A stretch of DNA of 64,000 nucleotides, taken from positions 2,892 through 66,891 of the forward strand of contig OMIX01000089.1 in NCBI GenBank assembly GCA_900299195.1, written 5' to 3'. The notes beneath the pieces were generated by a model. The model ran no database searches. It was given only the letters and a program-made list of their open reading frames with translations, and was not told where the DNA came from. Position 1 is the first letter of the stretch. Every line of letters begins with the position of its first letter. Both the position numbers and the translations under genes were made by a program. Source of the DNA: Deltaproteobacteria bacterium. Its GTDB lineage: Bacteria > Bdellovibrionota > FAC87 > UBA2466. Positions 1 to 9,241 of this stretch are shown here, one piece after another.

Positions 1-309
1 GAAGGACAATATTTCAAAGCTGATCACTTAGGCTATGCCGATGCTAAAAATTTAGACGGAAAATTTTATCCTCACTGCGATAAAATTTTGCTGTACGATC
101 TAAAAGAACCCGCCACAGTCAATTTTTTCAATGAATTCCTAGGAACCCTCGCCGACCCTGAAATTTCTGATCGCGAAGACATTCAAGACGTGAAAGTGCT
201 TGCTCATGTTTACGTTGGAGTTCCCGTATTAGGGGCTGTTAAAGTCGATGTTTCTGGAATTTATCAAGGAATGGCAGTTAAAGCCGGCGGCGATTACATG
301 GCCCGCTGA
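1..309 (+). CDS. C-terminal fragment of a hypothetical protein (runs off the window start)
   Basis: Open frame from nt 1 to the stop at 307-309; frame is continuous upstream of the listed ORF (88..309); no recognisable motif. Confidence 0.35.
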   Translation, partial: EGQYFKADHLGYADAKNLDGKFYPHCDKILLYDLKEPATVNFFNEFLGTLADPEISDREDIQDVKVLAHVYVGVPVLGAVKVDVSGIYQGMAVKAGGDYMAR

Positions 310-355
310 TATTTGAGCGGTGTTGTTTGAGAACTTCTCAAGCAACACCATTTTT

Positions 356-1885
356 TTATCCGATAGCTTCTGCTTGAATCCACTGCTTAGAAGCAGGTAA
401 AGGCTCTAAAAACTTGCCTCGACAATTGTCACACTTGCGACAGATTTCCCCATGTTTTTCCCCGAAGTAATCTCTAAAAAAAGTTGCCCGACACTCGGTA
501 GTCTGACCATATTTCATAATCTGTTGAATCCTATCTCTATCCTGACCCAAACGTTCCTCATAATGAGTCAAAAACCGATCCAGATCGTTTCCTTCTAAAA
601 AAATCTTCTTAAGTGAAATTCCCTTTCGGCTTTGAATAATCTTTTCTTTCTCCAAATAAGCTATCAAAACTTGAGCTTTTCTTTTCACAATTCCAGAAAT
701 GGAAACCACTTCTTCCAAAGAAGTTTTTTTAGCACCCACCTCGGTGCATTTAATCAGCGCTGAATAAAGTTGAGAGGCATCAGAACGAGTGGGATATTTT
801 CCACCGAGAAAAAACGAATGAACCCTTTTGTCTTCTAAACGATAAAGCAAAGCGACAATCGCCTTTTTCCCATCGCGACCGGCTCTTCCTGCCTCTTGGT
901 AGTAGCTTTCTACCGAATCTGGAAAAGTATAATGAATCACAAATCTCACATCGGGTTTATCAATGCCCAGTCCAAAAGCCTTAGTCGCTACGATCACTCG
1001 ATATCGGTTAGCCATAAAATCTTCTTGAACAGCATCGCGATCCTTCATTTTCATTTTGCCATGATATTTCCCAGCTATAATTCCTGCTTTAAGAAGTTGA
1101 GCGTGAAGTTCATTGGCTAATCTAACCGTGCTCACATAAACAATTCCAGTTCCTTCAATATCGTGAATTAAAGTAGTCAACCGTTGGAATTTCATTTCTG
1201 CATTCACCGTTCGGTAAACTTCAAAAACTAAATTTTTTCGATCCACTCCCGTATGACAAACTTTTACCTCTTTGAGATTTAATTGTTCTAAAATATCACG
1301 CTCTACTTCCGGAGTAGCCGTTGCAGTCAACGCCAGCACGGGTGGATTACCAAAAGCTTCAATGGCCTTACGAATCGAAAGATAGGCGGGACGAAAATCA
1401 TGTCCCCATTGGGAAACACAATGAGCTTCATCTACCACTAGAAGGGACACTCCGCCCTTTTTAAGAATTTCTAAATACTCTGGGTTCTCTAATCTTTCAG
1501 GAGTGACATAAACAAGCGCATTTTGCCCATTTTTGACATCCCTCACGGCCTGTTTTTCCTCCCGACTTGAAAGAGTGGAATCCAAGTGGGTCGCATCAAC
1601 CCCCACCTCTTCCAACTTGTGGGTTTGGTCATGCATTAATGAAATTAGAGGAGTCACTACAATAGTAGCTTTAGGTAAAAACAGTGCAGGCAATTGATAA
1701 CAAAGGGATTTTCCGGCTCCAGTAGGCATAACACCCAACGCATTTTTCCCGTTCATGACCGCTTCGATCAATTCTTTTTGGCCGGGACGGAGCTCTTCAA
1801 TACCAAAATACTCAAAAGCCTTTTGCCGTAATTTGGCCCAGTTCCACTTAGAAGACACACTTCGATGTTTCTGCCCACGCACCAC
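356..1885 (-). CDS. recQ: ATP-dependent DNA helicase RecQ
   Basis: Walker A 'PTGAGKS', DEAH box 'VVDEAH', helicase C motifs, RecQ C-terminal zinc motif 'CRKCDNC'; 509 aa. Confidence 0.9.
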   Translation of the reverse strand: MVRGQKHRSVSSKWNWAKLRQKAFEYFGIEELRPGQKELIEAVMNGKNALGVMPTGAGKSLCYQLPALFLPKATIVVTPLISLMHDQTHKLEEVGVDATHLDSTLSSREEKQAVRDVKNGQNALVYVTPERLENPEYLEILKKGGVSLLVVDEAHCVSQWGHDFRPAYLSIRKAIEAFGNPPVLALTATATPEVERDILEQLNLKEVKVCHTGVDRKNLVFEVYRTVNAEMKFQRLTTLIHDIEGTGIVYVSTVRLANELHAQLLKAGIIAGKYHGKMKMKDRDAVQEDFMANRYRVIVATKAFGLGIDKPDVRFVIHYTFPDSVESYYQEAGRAGRDGKKAIVALLYRLEDKRVHSFFLGGKYPTRSDASQLYSALIKCTEVGAKKTSLEEVVSISGIVKRKAQVLIAYLEKEKIIQSRKGISLKKIFLEGNDLDRFLTHYEERLGQDRDRIQQIMKYGQTTECRATFFRDYFGEKHGEICRKCDNCRGKFLEPLPASKQWIQAEAIG

Positions 1886-1919
1886 GGCCGGGGAGTGTGC
1901 AACTCATGTGCCCGACAAT

Positions 1920-2384
1920 CTAGCGAGAGTGGAGAGGGACTGTTAAGTTTGAACGGGCTACAAAAATTTGTTCCATTCGATCAAGGTCGGCCTCAAGATG
2001 GTCGGCCAAATGTTCCCAATCAGAATCGCCTGCTAATCTCAAATCCCTTAACTCTTTCCGCACCAATTGATGATCAGCTCTAAGCTCCCGAAAAACTTTT
2101 CTTAAATAACTTCTCCGCGTGGATAATAATCGAGAAGCATGGATCTCCGCTTTCAACACCTCAAACTTGGTTCTCCAACTTTCAATCTCCTCCGCCAGTT
2201 TTTTTTCCCGCTCTATCCGAGTTGAGTCAATGGGAGTTTCCTGTACCGGCTCATCCACTGATCGTTCACTCTCAAGATGAGAAACTTTACCCGTCACTAC
2301 GGCTAAACTAAGCAAAAATAGCCCCCCCATCACAAAAAACCACTTTACCCTTTTACGGAGTTCCGGCTTAAGCTCCATGGGCAC
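1920..2384 (-). CDS. hypothetical membrane-anchored coiled-coil protein
   Basis: N-terminal hydrophobic segment followed by a charged heptad-like region; overlaps the upstream gene by 17 nt. Confidence 0.4.
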   Translation of the reverse strand: MPMELKPELRKRVKWFFVMGGLFLLSLAVVTGKVSHLESERSVDEPVQETPIDSTRIEREKKLAEEIESWRTKFEVLKAEIHASRLLSTRRSYLRKVFRELRADHQLVRKELRDLRLAGDSDWEHLADHLEADLDRMEQIFVARSNLTVPLHSR

Positions 2385-3003
2385 TCTCAGAAGGTGTTAT
2401 GTAACCAAATGCTCCAATTTTTGGGGGCATCATTCTGAGTTTGAATTTACTTCGACCACTTAACCACTGAATGAGTCTCTCTTTCACTTGAATTTCAGAA
2501 AGCCAATGAAAATCTTTTTCCCATCTCTTGACTATTTTTTCTTGTGACTTTTTGCTGAACTGATTCTTAAGAGTCCCCATCAATTTAGGTTCAGCCACAA
2601 AAACTAAATCAAGATTACCTTCTCTCTTTCTCCCTTTTTCCACCCAATCCACAACTTTCTTGCAGGAAACAACAGCTAAATGCCTCTGCGGTTTTTCTTT
2701 ATTGCTATAACTGTGTCGAGGCGTTGCAGTTTGATGTCCCCCTCGGGCAAATGTTTTTGAATCAAACACTCTACCGGGCCGATCCGAAATTAGATCAGAC
2801 CCTTTCGCCTTACCCATGGGAAATTTCCAAGTTTTAATCGAGTTGAGTGTTTGCCCTTGGGCACTCCACTCGTAAACTTTCCCTTGAGTTCTATCCATAA
2901 TGACCACCCAAGTTTTGTTCTCTTGTTTTCTATTCATTCCAAAAGTGCTGCGCAATTCAACGCCCTGATGAGTTTTCTTCCTCGACATATTCACCTCGCT
3001 CAA
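2368..3003 (-). CDS. hypothetical protein, host-attachment (baeRF1-like) family candidate; true start possibly 2937 ('MNRKQENKTWVVIMD')
   Basis: N-terminal 'KTWVVIMDRTQGKVYEW' resembles the conserved start of Host_attach family proteins; otherwise no catalytic motif. Confidence 0.4.
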   Translation of the reverse strand: MSEVNMSRKKTHQGVELRSTFGMNRKQENKTWVVIMDRTQGKVYEWSAQGQTLNSIKTWKFPMGKAKGSDLISDRPGRVFDSKTFARGGHQTATPRHSYSNKEKPQRHLAVVSCKKVVDWVEKGRKREGNLDLVFVAEPKLMGTLKNQFSKKSQEKIVKRWEKDFHWLSEIQVKERLIQWLSGRSKFKLRMMPPKIGAFGYITPSESAHGA

Positions 3004-3025
3004 TAGCTTATCCTTCTTTAAGGAA

Positions 3026-3307
3026 TTGACTGCACTTCTGATGCCGACGTTGGCACCACCTATGCACTACTTAGGATCAAACTGGGAGGAGTCCATGAAA
3101 ATGAAAACAAGTTATTTTTTAAAAATGACCTCGATGATTTTGGGACTAGGTCTGATGTTTTGGGGTATTTACGGCAAAGTCTGGTGGGGAGCCCTGGGAG
3201 TGCCTTTGTTTATTTATGGTATTTCACCCAGAAGATCGGAAGACGAATACACCGTGACTCTACGAGAAGAGGAATCCCGAGAGAAATCTCCCAAAAAAGT
3301 GGCTTAA
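3026..3307 (+). CDS. possible small membrane protein (93 aa)
   Basis: Two hydrophobic helices; lies between minus-strand genes on the opposite strand, so it may be spurious. Confidence 0.2.
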   Translation: MTALLMPTLAPPMHYLGSNWEESMKMKTSYFLKMTSMILGLGLMFWGIYGKVWWGALGVPLFIYGISPRRSEDEYTVTLREEESREKSPKKVA

Positions 3308-5256
3308 TTGCCCAGTAGCTTATTTTTAGCTACTTCAAGCTCGCTAGATAGACGTTCCCATTCCACCATAGCTTGATGAAGTTTGCTCTCAAGTTGCGAA
3401 ATTTGCGACATTAAGGCTTGTTGTTCCTGTGCGGGCCGGCTGGTGAAGCTGCTGTTGGAGGCTATCGCTTGAAGCTCAGATTTTTGAGTTCCTAGTTTCT
3501 CCATTTCAGATTCAAGGGTGCTAACTTTTTTATCCAGCGAATTCACCTGGTTTTTAAGTTTTTTTCGCTCTTCGAAAGAAAGCTTGGGATTAACTGAAGG
3601 GCTCGCTTTGGGAGCTTCCATCACAGGAGCCTGGGAGGGTTTAGCTTTGCCCTCAAAGTGACGAACCAATTCAGGATATTTTTCAAAGAAGGAATTAAGG
3701 TCTCCAATATGATCGGTTAGCACATGATTGCTCGAAAGATAGAGAATTCTCTCGGCAACATCAGACAAAAAGTCTCTGTCATGGGACACAATTAACGTGG
3801 TTCCCTCAAAATCTTTGATCGCCTGTTTGAGCAGCGCTTTGGTTTCAATATCCAAATGGTTAGTGGGCTCATCGAGAAGAATCAAGTTCACCCGAGTGAC
3901 CAAAATCCTAAGCAGAGCTAACCTTGCTTTTTCACCTCCGCTCAATACTTTGGCTTTTTTCTCAATTTCATCATTGCCACTAAACCCAAAGGCTCCCAGC
4001 CATCCGCGAAGCTCCTCTAAGCTCACTCCATGGGCTTTAGCCCTTAAATTGTCCACGACAGTTTGGTCTAAGCTCAATTCAGCGAGCTGATGTTGACCGA
4101 AGTAACCGGTCTCTACCGCATGACCTTTTAAAAGATCCCCTTCTGTCAGTTTTAATCTCTCCCCTAAAACATTCAGCAACGTGGTCTTACCTGCTCCGTT
4201 ATCGCCGATAATAGCCACTCTTTGACCTCGTTTGATGTCTAAAGAAATATTTTTTAGTATCCAGGGTTGTTCTTCTTTGTATTTGAATGACGTATTTTTT
4301 AAGGATAAGGGAAATTTGGCTCCCGTTCCGGAAAGTCGAAATTTAAAATTCAAATTGTAGTTAAAGCCTTCAATACGCTGCAGCCGATCTTTAAGTTCCT
4401 TCTTTTCTACCTCGAGTGTCTCCGCCATTTTCAGTCGATGCTGCGCGCGAGCTGCTGTTTGAGCTTTAGCACGAAACTTGTAAACAAATTCCATGCACTC
4501 ATCGATTTTTTTCTGAATGCCTTCAATGTTTTTTTCTAAGTGACGTTTTTCATCTCCGAGAGAATCTCGAAAAGTTAAATAATCTCGCTGATGGGTTCTA
4601 AAATAGAATTTTCCACCGTGTAGTATGGCCAAAGAATCGGTTACTCTTTTTTGTAAAGCAACGTCGTGAGTGACTAAAATTAAACTGCCTTCGTACTCTT
4701 TTTCTAAAAACTCCTCAAGCCATTGAATCGAAGAAATGTCTAAATGGTTGGTGGGTTCGTCCAACAGCAATACTTCGGGTTTGTCTAACAAAGCCTTGGC
4801 AATAAAAATTCGTAAGAGCCAGCCCCCACTCAACTGACTCATGGGACCTTCCATCCATTCCTTGCTGAACCCTAAACCACTTAAAATTTTTCTAATCTCC
4901 CACTCTTGTTCGGCGGGATCGACAAATTCATCCTCATCCACTGTCATGTGACTCTGGATATATTTTAAAGGAGATTGGCTTTTCTCTTTGTGATGCTGAA
5001 TTTCGGTTACGGCATTCTCTAAGAGAGTTTGATCTAAAAAGCCTATACGTAGTTTCTTTCCGCCCACTACATTTCTTTTGCCTTCAGTGGACTCCGCTTT
5101 ACCTGCTAAGATTCTTAATAGGGTGGATTTACCCGAGCCATTTCTTCCGGCTAAAGCGACTCGCATTCCCTCATAAAGCGTCCAATTCACATCTTGAAAA
5201 AGTAATCGATTGGGTAATCGTACTCCGACATTTTCTAAAACTAGCTGAGCATTCAT
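3304..5256 (-). CDS. ABC-F family ATPase (Uup/EttA-like, two ABC domains plus C-terminal coiled coil)
   Basis: Two Walker A motifs ('GRNGSGKST', 'GDNGAGKTT'), two 'LSGGE'-type signature motifs, two 'LLLDEPTNHLD' segments, no membrane domain, coiled-coil C-terminal tail. Confidence 0.85.
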   Translation of the reverse strand: MNAQLVLENVGVRLPNRLLFQDVNWTLYEGMRVALAGRNGSGKSTLLRILAGKAESTEGKRNVVGGKKLRIGFLDQTLLENAVTEIQHHKEKSQSPLKYIQSHMTVDEDEFVDPAEQEWEIRKILSGLGFSKEWMEGPMSQLSGGWLLRIFIAKALLDKPEVLLLDEPTNHLDISSIQWLEEFLEKEYEGSLILVTHDVALQKRVTDSLAILHGGKFYFRTHQRDYLTFRDSLGDEKRHLEKNIEGIQKKIDECMEFVYKFRAKAQTAARAQHRLKMAETLEVEKKELKDRLQRIEGFNYNLNFKFRLSGTGAKFPLSLKNTSFKYKEEQPWILKNISLDIKRGQRVAIIGDNGAGKTTLLNVLGERLKLTEGDLLKGHAVETGYFGQHQLAELSLDQTVVDNLRAKAHGVSLEELRGWLGAFGFSGNDEIEKKAKVLSGGEKARLALLRILVTRVNLILLDEPTNHLDIETKALLKQAIKDFEGTTLIVSHDRDFLSDVAERILYLSSNHVLTDHIGDLNSFFEKYPELVRHFEGKAKPSQAPVMEAPKASPSVNPKLSFEERKKLKNQVNSLDKKVSTLESEMEKLGTQKSELQAIASNSSFTSRPAQEQQALMSQISQLESKLHQAMVEWERLSSELEVAKNKLLGN

Positions 5257-5258
5257 GG

Positions 5259-5744
5259 TTAAATCAGATTCTTGGTTTTTAGTTCTTCTAAAGCCTTAAA
5301 AATATCTTCAGAAGTTCTACGAGTGATAGCCAGAGGCTCCACATAACGATAAAGTAACTTTTGATCTCTTCCTACGATACAAATGGCTCGGCTCGCTTTT
5401 CCCAACAAAAATGCTGAAGTGCAACGGTAGGCCTTAGCTACTTCATTTTTTACATCTGTGACTAGAGGAAAAGAAAAACCAAATTTCTGAGAAAACTTTT
5501 GATGCTTTTCAGAGCTATCTTTGCTGAGTCCCAGAAGTTGAACATCCCATTTTTCAAAACCACTAAAATTATCCTGATAATCACACAGTTGTTGGGTGCA
5601 AACCGGAGTAAAATCGCCTGGATAAAATATCAAAACGACCGGTCGCTGTTTGCAGGCCTCGGCCAAGTGAAATTGCGTTCCATCGGCTTTCACCAGTTTA
5701 AAATCAGGGGCCATGCTTCCAATGACGGGTTGAGTCTCTTTCAT
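5259..5744 (-). CDS. bcp: peroxiredoxin (Bcp/PrxQ-type thiol peroxidase)
   Basis: AhpC/TSA fold with peroxidatic Cys motif 'FTPVCTQQ'; 161 aa. Confidence 0.8.
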   Translation of the reverse strand: MKETQPVIGSMAPDFKLVKADGTQFHLAEACKQRPVVLIFYPGDFTPVCTQQLCDYQDNFSGFEKWDVQLLGLSKDSSEKHQKFSQKFGFSFPLVTDVKNEVAKAYRCTSAFLLGKASRAICIVGRDQKLLYRYVEPLAITRRTSEDIFKALEELKTKNLI

Positions 5745-5875
5745 AAGGTTTGAGAATAAATCAAAAATTACTCCTAAAGGAAAGGGCTAAATTGTGATCT
5801 AAACCGATAAAATCATTTGGGGAATCGCAACGTGCAACCTATCGTAATCTGTGAGAAACTAAGGTTATCGTCATC

Positions 5876-6811
5876 ATGAACCCTTTCTCCTACAGTCACC
5901 GGCTAAAACTGGGGTTGTCCCTGCTACTACTGATTTTATGGCCTCTCTCCGCTCTGGCTGAGCCTTACGAGCCCCCAGAAGATCGAGAACTTGAACTTAG
6001 ACCTTATTTCGAACCCCCCAATAAAGACCTCACCCCTAGAAACTTTCTTTTGCCCCCTCTCATGTCTTTTCTTATTCCCGGATCTGACCAGTGGGTAGAA
6101 GGTCAAATGAAGCCAGCCGCACTTTATACTGGCGGTGGGGCTTTAGGAGCTTTACTTCTCACACAGGCAAAGAAAACAACTCTGGATAATCGTTATAGAG
6201 ACTTTGCTTGGAGTATCTATTTTACCGCTGGAGGGTTAAGTCTTTATCACAGCTTCCACACGGCTTTAACGACGAGAATGCCAGGGGGCGAGTTTACTTT
6301 TATGGGCTCGGTCCCAGAAAAACCGACTGAGCTATTAGAAGCTCCTATTAACTTTAGCTACTTGGGCCGTTGGACCACGTTACTCCCTCTCAGTCTAGCA
6401 GCTGGCGTCTTTTTTTTCGTAACTCCTAATACCACTGCTGAAAGCACCCCAGCTAATCTCGACGATGCCTTTTATGCAGGCTCGGTAGGTTACATGACCG
6501 GGATAGGCGAAGAGGCTGTTTTTCGAGGTTTTGTCCTTCCAGTGCTTTATCACTACACTTCGGATCAACGGCTTACCCTAGGTCTTTCCAGCATTCTTTT
6601 TGCTTTGGGCCATGGATTGAAAGTGAGCCACTTTGTGACCGCTTTTTTCTTTGGGTTGTACTCGGGCTGGTTAACTCAGGAAAACAACTGGTCCATCGGT
6701 GAGGTCACCTTCATCCACACTTGGTGGGATATCATGGCATTTATGGCCGATTACACTAACCACCGCAAACACGCCTTTTTGAAGTTACCTACCATAGCAA
6801 TCAGCTTCTAA
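5876..6811 (+). CDS. CPBP-family (CAAX-protease-like) intramembrane metalloprotease with signal peptide
   Basis: Multi-TM protein with 'EEAVFRGF' (EExxxR) motif and downstream 'FALGH'/'H' motifs typical of Abi/CPBP proteins. Confidence 0.6.
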   Translation: MNPFSYSHRLKLGLSLLLLILWPLSALAEPYEPPEDRELELRPYFEPPNKDLTPRNFLLPPLMSFLIPGSDQWVEGQMKPAALYTGGGALGALLLTQAKKTTLDNRYRDFAWSIYFTAGGLSLYHSFHTALTTRMPGGEFTFMGSVPEKPTELLEAPINFSYLGRWTTLLPLSLAAGVFFFVTPNTTAESTPANLDDAFYAGSVGYMTGIGEEAVFRGFVLPVLYHYTSDQRLTLGLSSILFALGHGLKVSHFVTAFFFGLYSGWLTQENNWSIGEVTFIHTWWDIMAFMADYTNHRKHAFLKLPTIAISF

Positions 6812-6922
6812 AACGCTATGCGTTACCCCGAAGATTCCCATCCATTCAACCGATTCCATCTTTCCAAGCTGAGAAAACCTCAGTAGAGTGCGCTCAAACC
6901 TTAACTTTTCGGAGGGCAACCC

Positions 6923-7648
6923 ATGTCAGCCAAAACCCCTTATTCGGGACGAATAAAAATTTTCTCTGATGGTGCAGATAAACAAGCCATGTTGGAAATG
7001 AATCAAAACCCTTTGGTTCAAGGGCTTACCACTAATCCAACTCTGATGAAAAAATCTGGCGTGACCGATTATGTTCGCTTTTGCAAAGAGATTTTGAATG
7101 AAATCAAAGTAAAGCCCATCTCTTTTGAAGTGTTTGCAGATGACTTTAAAGAAATGAAAAGACAGGCACTCGAAATCGCAAGTTGGGGTGAAAATGTTTA
7201 TGTCAAAATTCCTATCACCAATTCTGAAGGAGAATCTTCTTTAGGTCTTATCAATGATTTGAGCCAGTCGGGAGTTAAACTTAACGTGACGGCCGTTTTA
7301 ACTTTGGAGCAGTCTTGGGGAGCTTGCCAAGCCCTTAAGGGTGGCGCCCCTTCCATTCTATCTGTGTTTGCAGGTCGAATCGCAGATACTGGCCGTGATC
7401 CTCTCCCTCTCATGCAAGCTTCTTTAGAAATGTGTTTATCGACCGATAAAAACATCGAGCTTTTGTGGGCTAGCTCACGAGAAGTCTTAAATATTGTTCA
7501 AGCCGATCAGATGGGTTGCCACATTATAACCGCCACTAATGATCTGATTAAAAAAATGGCCCAGTTTAACAAGGATCTTTCTCAGCTCAGTTTAGAAACA
7601 GTTCGAATGTTTAAATCAGATGCAGAAAGTGCAGGATTTTCTCTATGA
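6923..7648 (+). CDS. transaldolase-family enzyme (Fsa/TalC-like short form)
   Basis: 'GLTTNP' motif, Schiff-base lysine context 'VYVKIP', 'FAGRIADTGRD' motif; translationally coupled (ATGA) to the downstream SIS gene. Confidence 0.75.
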   Translation: MSAKTPYSGRIKIFSDGADKQAMLEMNQNPLVQGLTTNPTLMKKSGVTDYVRFCKEILNEIKVKPISFEVFADDFKEMKRQALEIASWGENVYVKIPITNSEGESSLGLINDLSQSGVKLNVTAVLTLEQSWGACQALKGGAPSILSVFAGRIADTGRDPLPLMQASLEMCLSTDKNIELLWASSREVLNIVQADQMGCHIITATNDLIKKMAQFNKDLSQLSLETVRMFKSDAESAGFSL

Positions 7649-8244
7649 CCTCATTTTCTGAAAGTTACATTCAAGAAAGTATTTCTATTTTAAAAGATCT
7701 TAACTCGCGTGAGATCGAAAATATGGCCCAGGGTTTAGGAAGAGTGAGAGATCAAGGTGGACGTCTTTTTATTCTTGGAGTCGGCGGTTCTGCCGGTCAC
7801 GCAAGTCATGCAGTCAACGACTTTAGGAAAATATGCGGTTTTGAATCCTATTCCCCTACCGACAATGTTTCAGAACTCACAGCAAGAGTGAATGACGAAG
7901 GTTGGGACACCTCGTTTTCGGAGTGGCTTAAGGTATCAAGACTCTCTTCTAAAGATGCTGTGTTGGTTTTTTCAGTTGGCGGTGGAAACCGAGAAAAAAA
8001 TGTATCTGTCAACTTAGTGAAGGCTCTAGAGCTTTCTCAACAAGTAGGTGCTAGTATTTTTGGGATTGTAGGAAAGGATGGCGGATTTACTAAAACCGTA
8101 TCTGAAAGTTGTGTCATTATTCCCTCTGTTTCCTCAGAAAGAATCACGCCTCACACAGAAGGATTTTGCGCTTTAGTATGGCACCTCTTAGTAAGCCATC
8201 CCGCACTGAAGAAGACGGCAACCAAATGGGAATCGGTCAAGTAG
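7645..8244 (+). CDS. SIS-domain sugar-phosphate isomerase, phosphoheptose isomerase (GmhA)-like
   Basis: 'LGVGGSAGHASHAVNDF' matches the GmhA 'GNGGSAADAQH' region; 199 aa. Confidence 0.7.
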   Translation: MTSFSESYIQESISILKDLNSREIENMAQGLGRVRDQGGRLFILGVGGSAGHASHAVNDFRKICGFESYSPTDNVSELTARVNDEGWDTSFSEWLKVSRLSSKDAVLVFSVGGGNREKNVSVNLVKALELSQQVGASIFGIVGKDGGFTKTVSESCVIIPSVSSERITPHTEGFCALVWHLLVSHPALKKTATKWESVK

Positions 8245-8251
8245 TCGTTCC

Positions 8252-9241
8252 ATGGGGTATCGAGTAGGCATTATCGGAGCTGGCCTTATCGGAAACAAAA
8301 GGGCTAAAGCTCTTCGTTCTGAAGATAGGTTAGTAGCTGTTGCGGATCTCTCTCTTGAAAGAGCCCAATCCCTAGCTGAAACCCACCAAGCCCAGGTGGA
8401 ATCCTCATGGGAAAATCTCATTGAAAGAGCTGACATTGATGTTGTCATCGTGGCCACCTCAAATAATGCTATCCCCCTTTGTGCCGCCAGGGCTCTAAAA
8501 AACAAAAAAGCTATTTTGATTGAAAAACCCGGGGGAAGAAATCCTCAGGAGTTAAAAGGACTACTTGAGCTAGAAAAAGAAACTCAACAAGTGGCTAGAG
8601 TAGGCTTCAATCATCGGTTTCACCCGGCCCTACTCAAAGCCAAAAACATGATCGAAGAAGGTGCCATCGGAGAGATCATGTACTTAAGAGCTCGTTACGG
8701 ACATGGAGGGAGAATCGGCTACGACCAGGAATGGCGAGCTAATCCAGAAATCTCAGGTGGGGGAGAACTTTTAGATCAAGGGGTTCACTTGATCGATCTT
8801 TGTCGATGGCTGGGGGGTGAATTTCATTTGGAGTACGGTCGAGTTCACACTTTTTTTTGGAACATGCCCGTTGAAGACAATGGATTTCTTCTTTTAAAAT
8901 CTCCAGATCAAAAAAGGTTTGCGCATCTTCATGCAAGCTGTACCGAATGGAAAAACATTTTCGATTTTGAGGTTTTTGGTAAGAAAGGGAAACTCCAAGT
9001 GTGGGGGTTAGGTCGAAGTTATGGAACTGAGGAACTTCGTTTTTACAAAGTAAAACCTGAAATGGGAGTTCCTGACTTCTTCGTAGACTCGTTTCCTGAA
9101 GAAGATCATTCTTGGGAACTAGAATGGAAAGCTTTTATTGATTCTCTAGAAGGGAAACCCTCTTCAATCAGCACCCTTCAAGATGCTTATCAAGCCTTAG
9201 ACATCGTCTATAAAGCCTATCAACAATCAGGGAATCGCTAG
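8252..9241 (+). CDS. Gfo/Idh/MocA family NAD(P)-dependent oxidoreductase
   Basis: N-terminal Rossmann motif 'GIIGAGLIGNKRAKAL', 'IEKP' motif, C-terminal dimerisation domain. Confidence 0.8.
   Translation: MGYRVGIIGAGLIGNKRAKALRSEDRLVAVADLSLERAQSLAETHQAQVESSWENLIERADIDVVIVATSNNAIPLCAARALKNKKAILIEKPGGRNPQELKGLLELEKETQQVARVGFNHRFHPALLKAKNMIEEGAIGEIMYLRARYGHGGRIGYDQEWRANPEISGGGELLDQGVHLIDLCRWLGGEFHLEYGRVHTFFWNMPVEDNGFLLLKSPDQKRFAHLHASCTEWKNIFDFEVFGKKGKLQVWGLGRSYGTEELRFYKVKPEMGVPDFFVDSFPEEDHSWELEWKAFIDSLEGKPSSISTLQDAYQALDIVYKAYQQSGNR

Noticed and set aside
3797-4090. Antisense ORFs inside well-supported genes (e.g. 3797..4090, 8188..8505, 7198..7455, 31957..32382, 52281..52604, 53070..53609, 58457..58864)
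   Set aside because: They lie fully inside conserved CDSs on the opposite strand, have low-complexity translations and no start context. They are treated as spurious.
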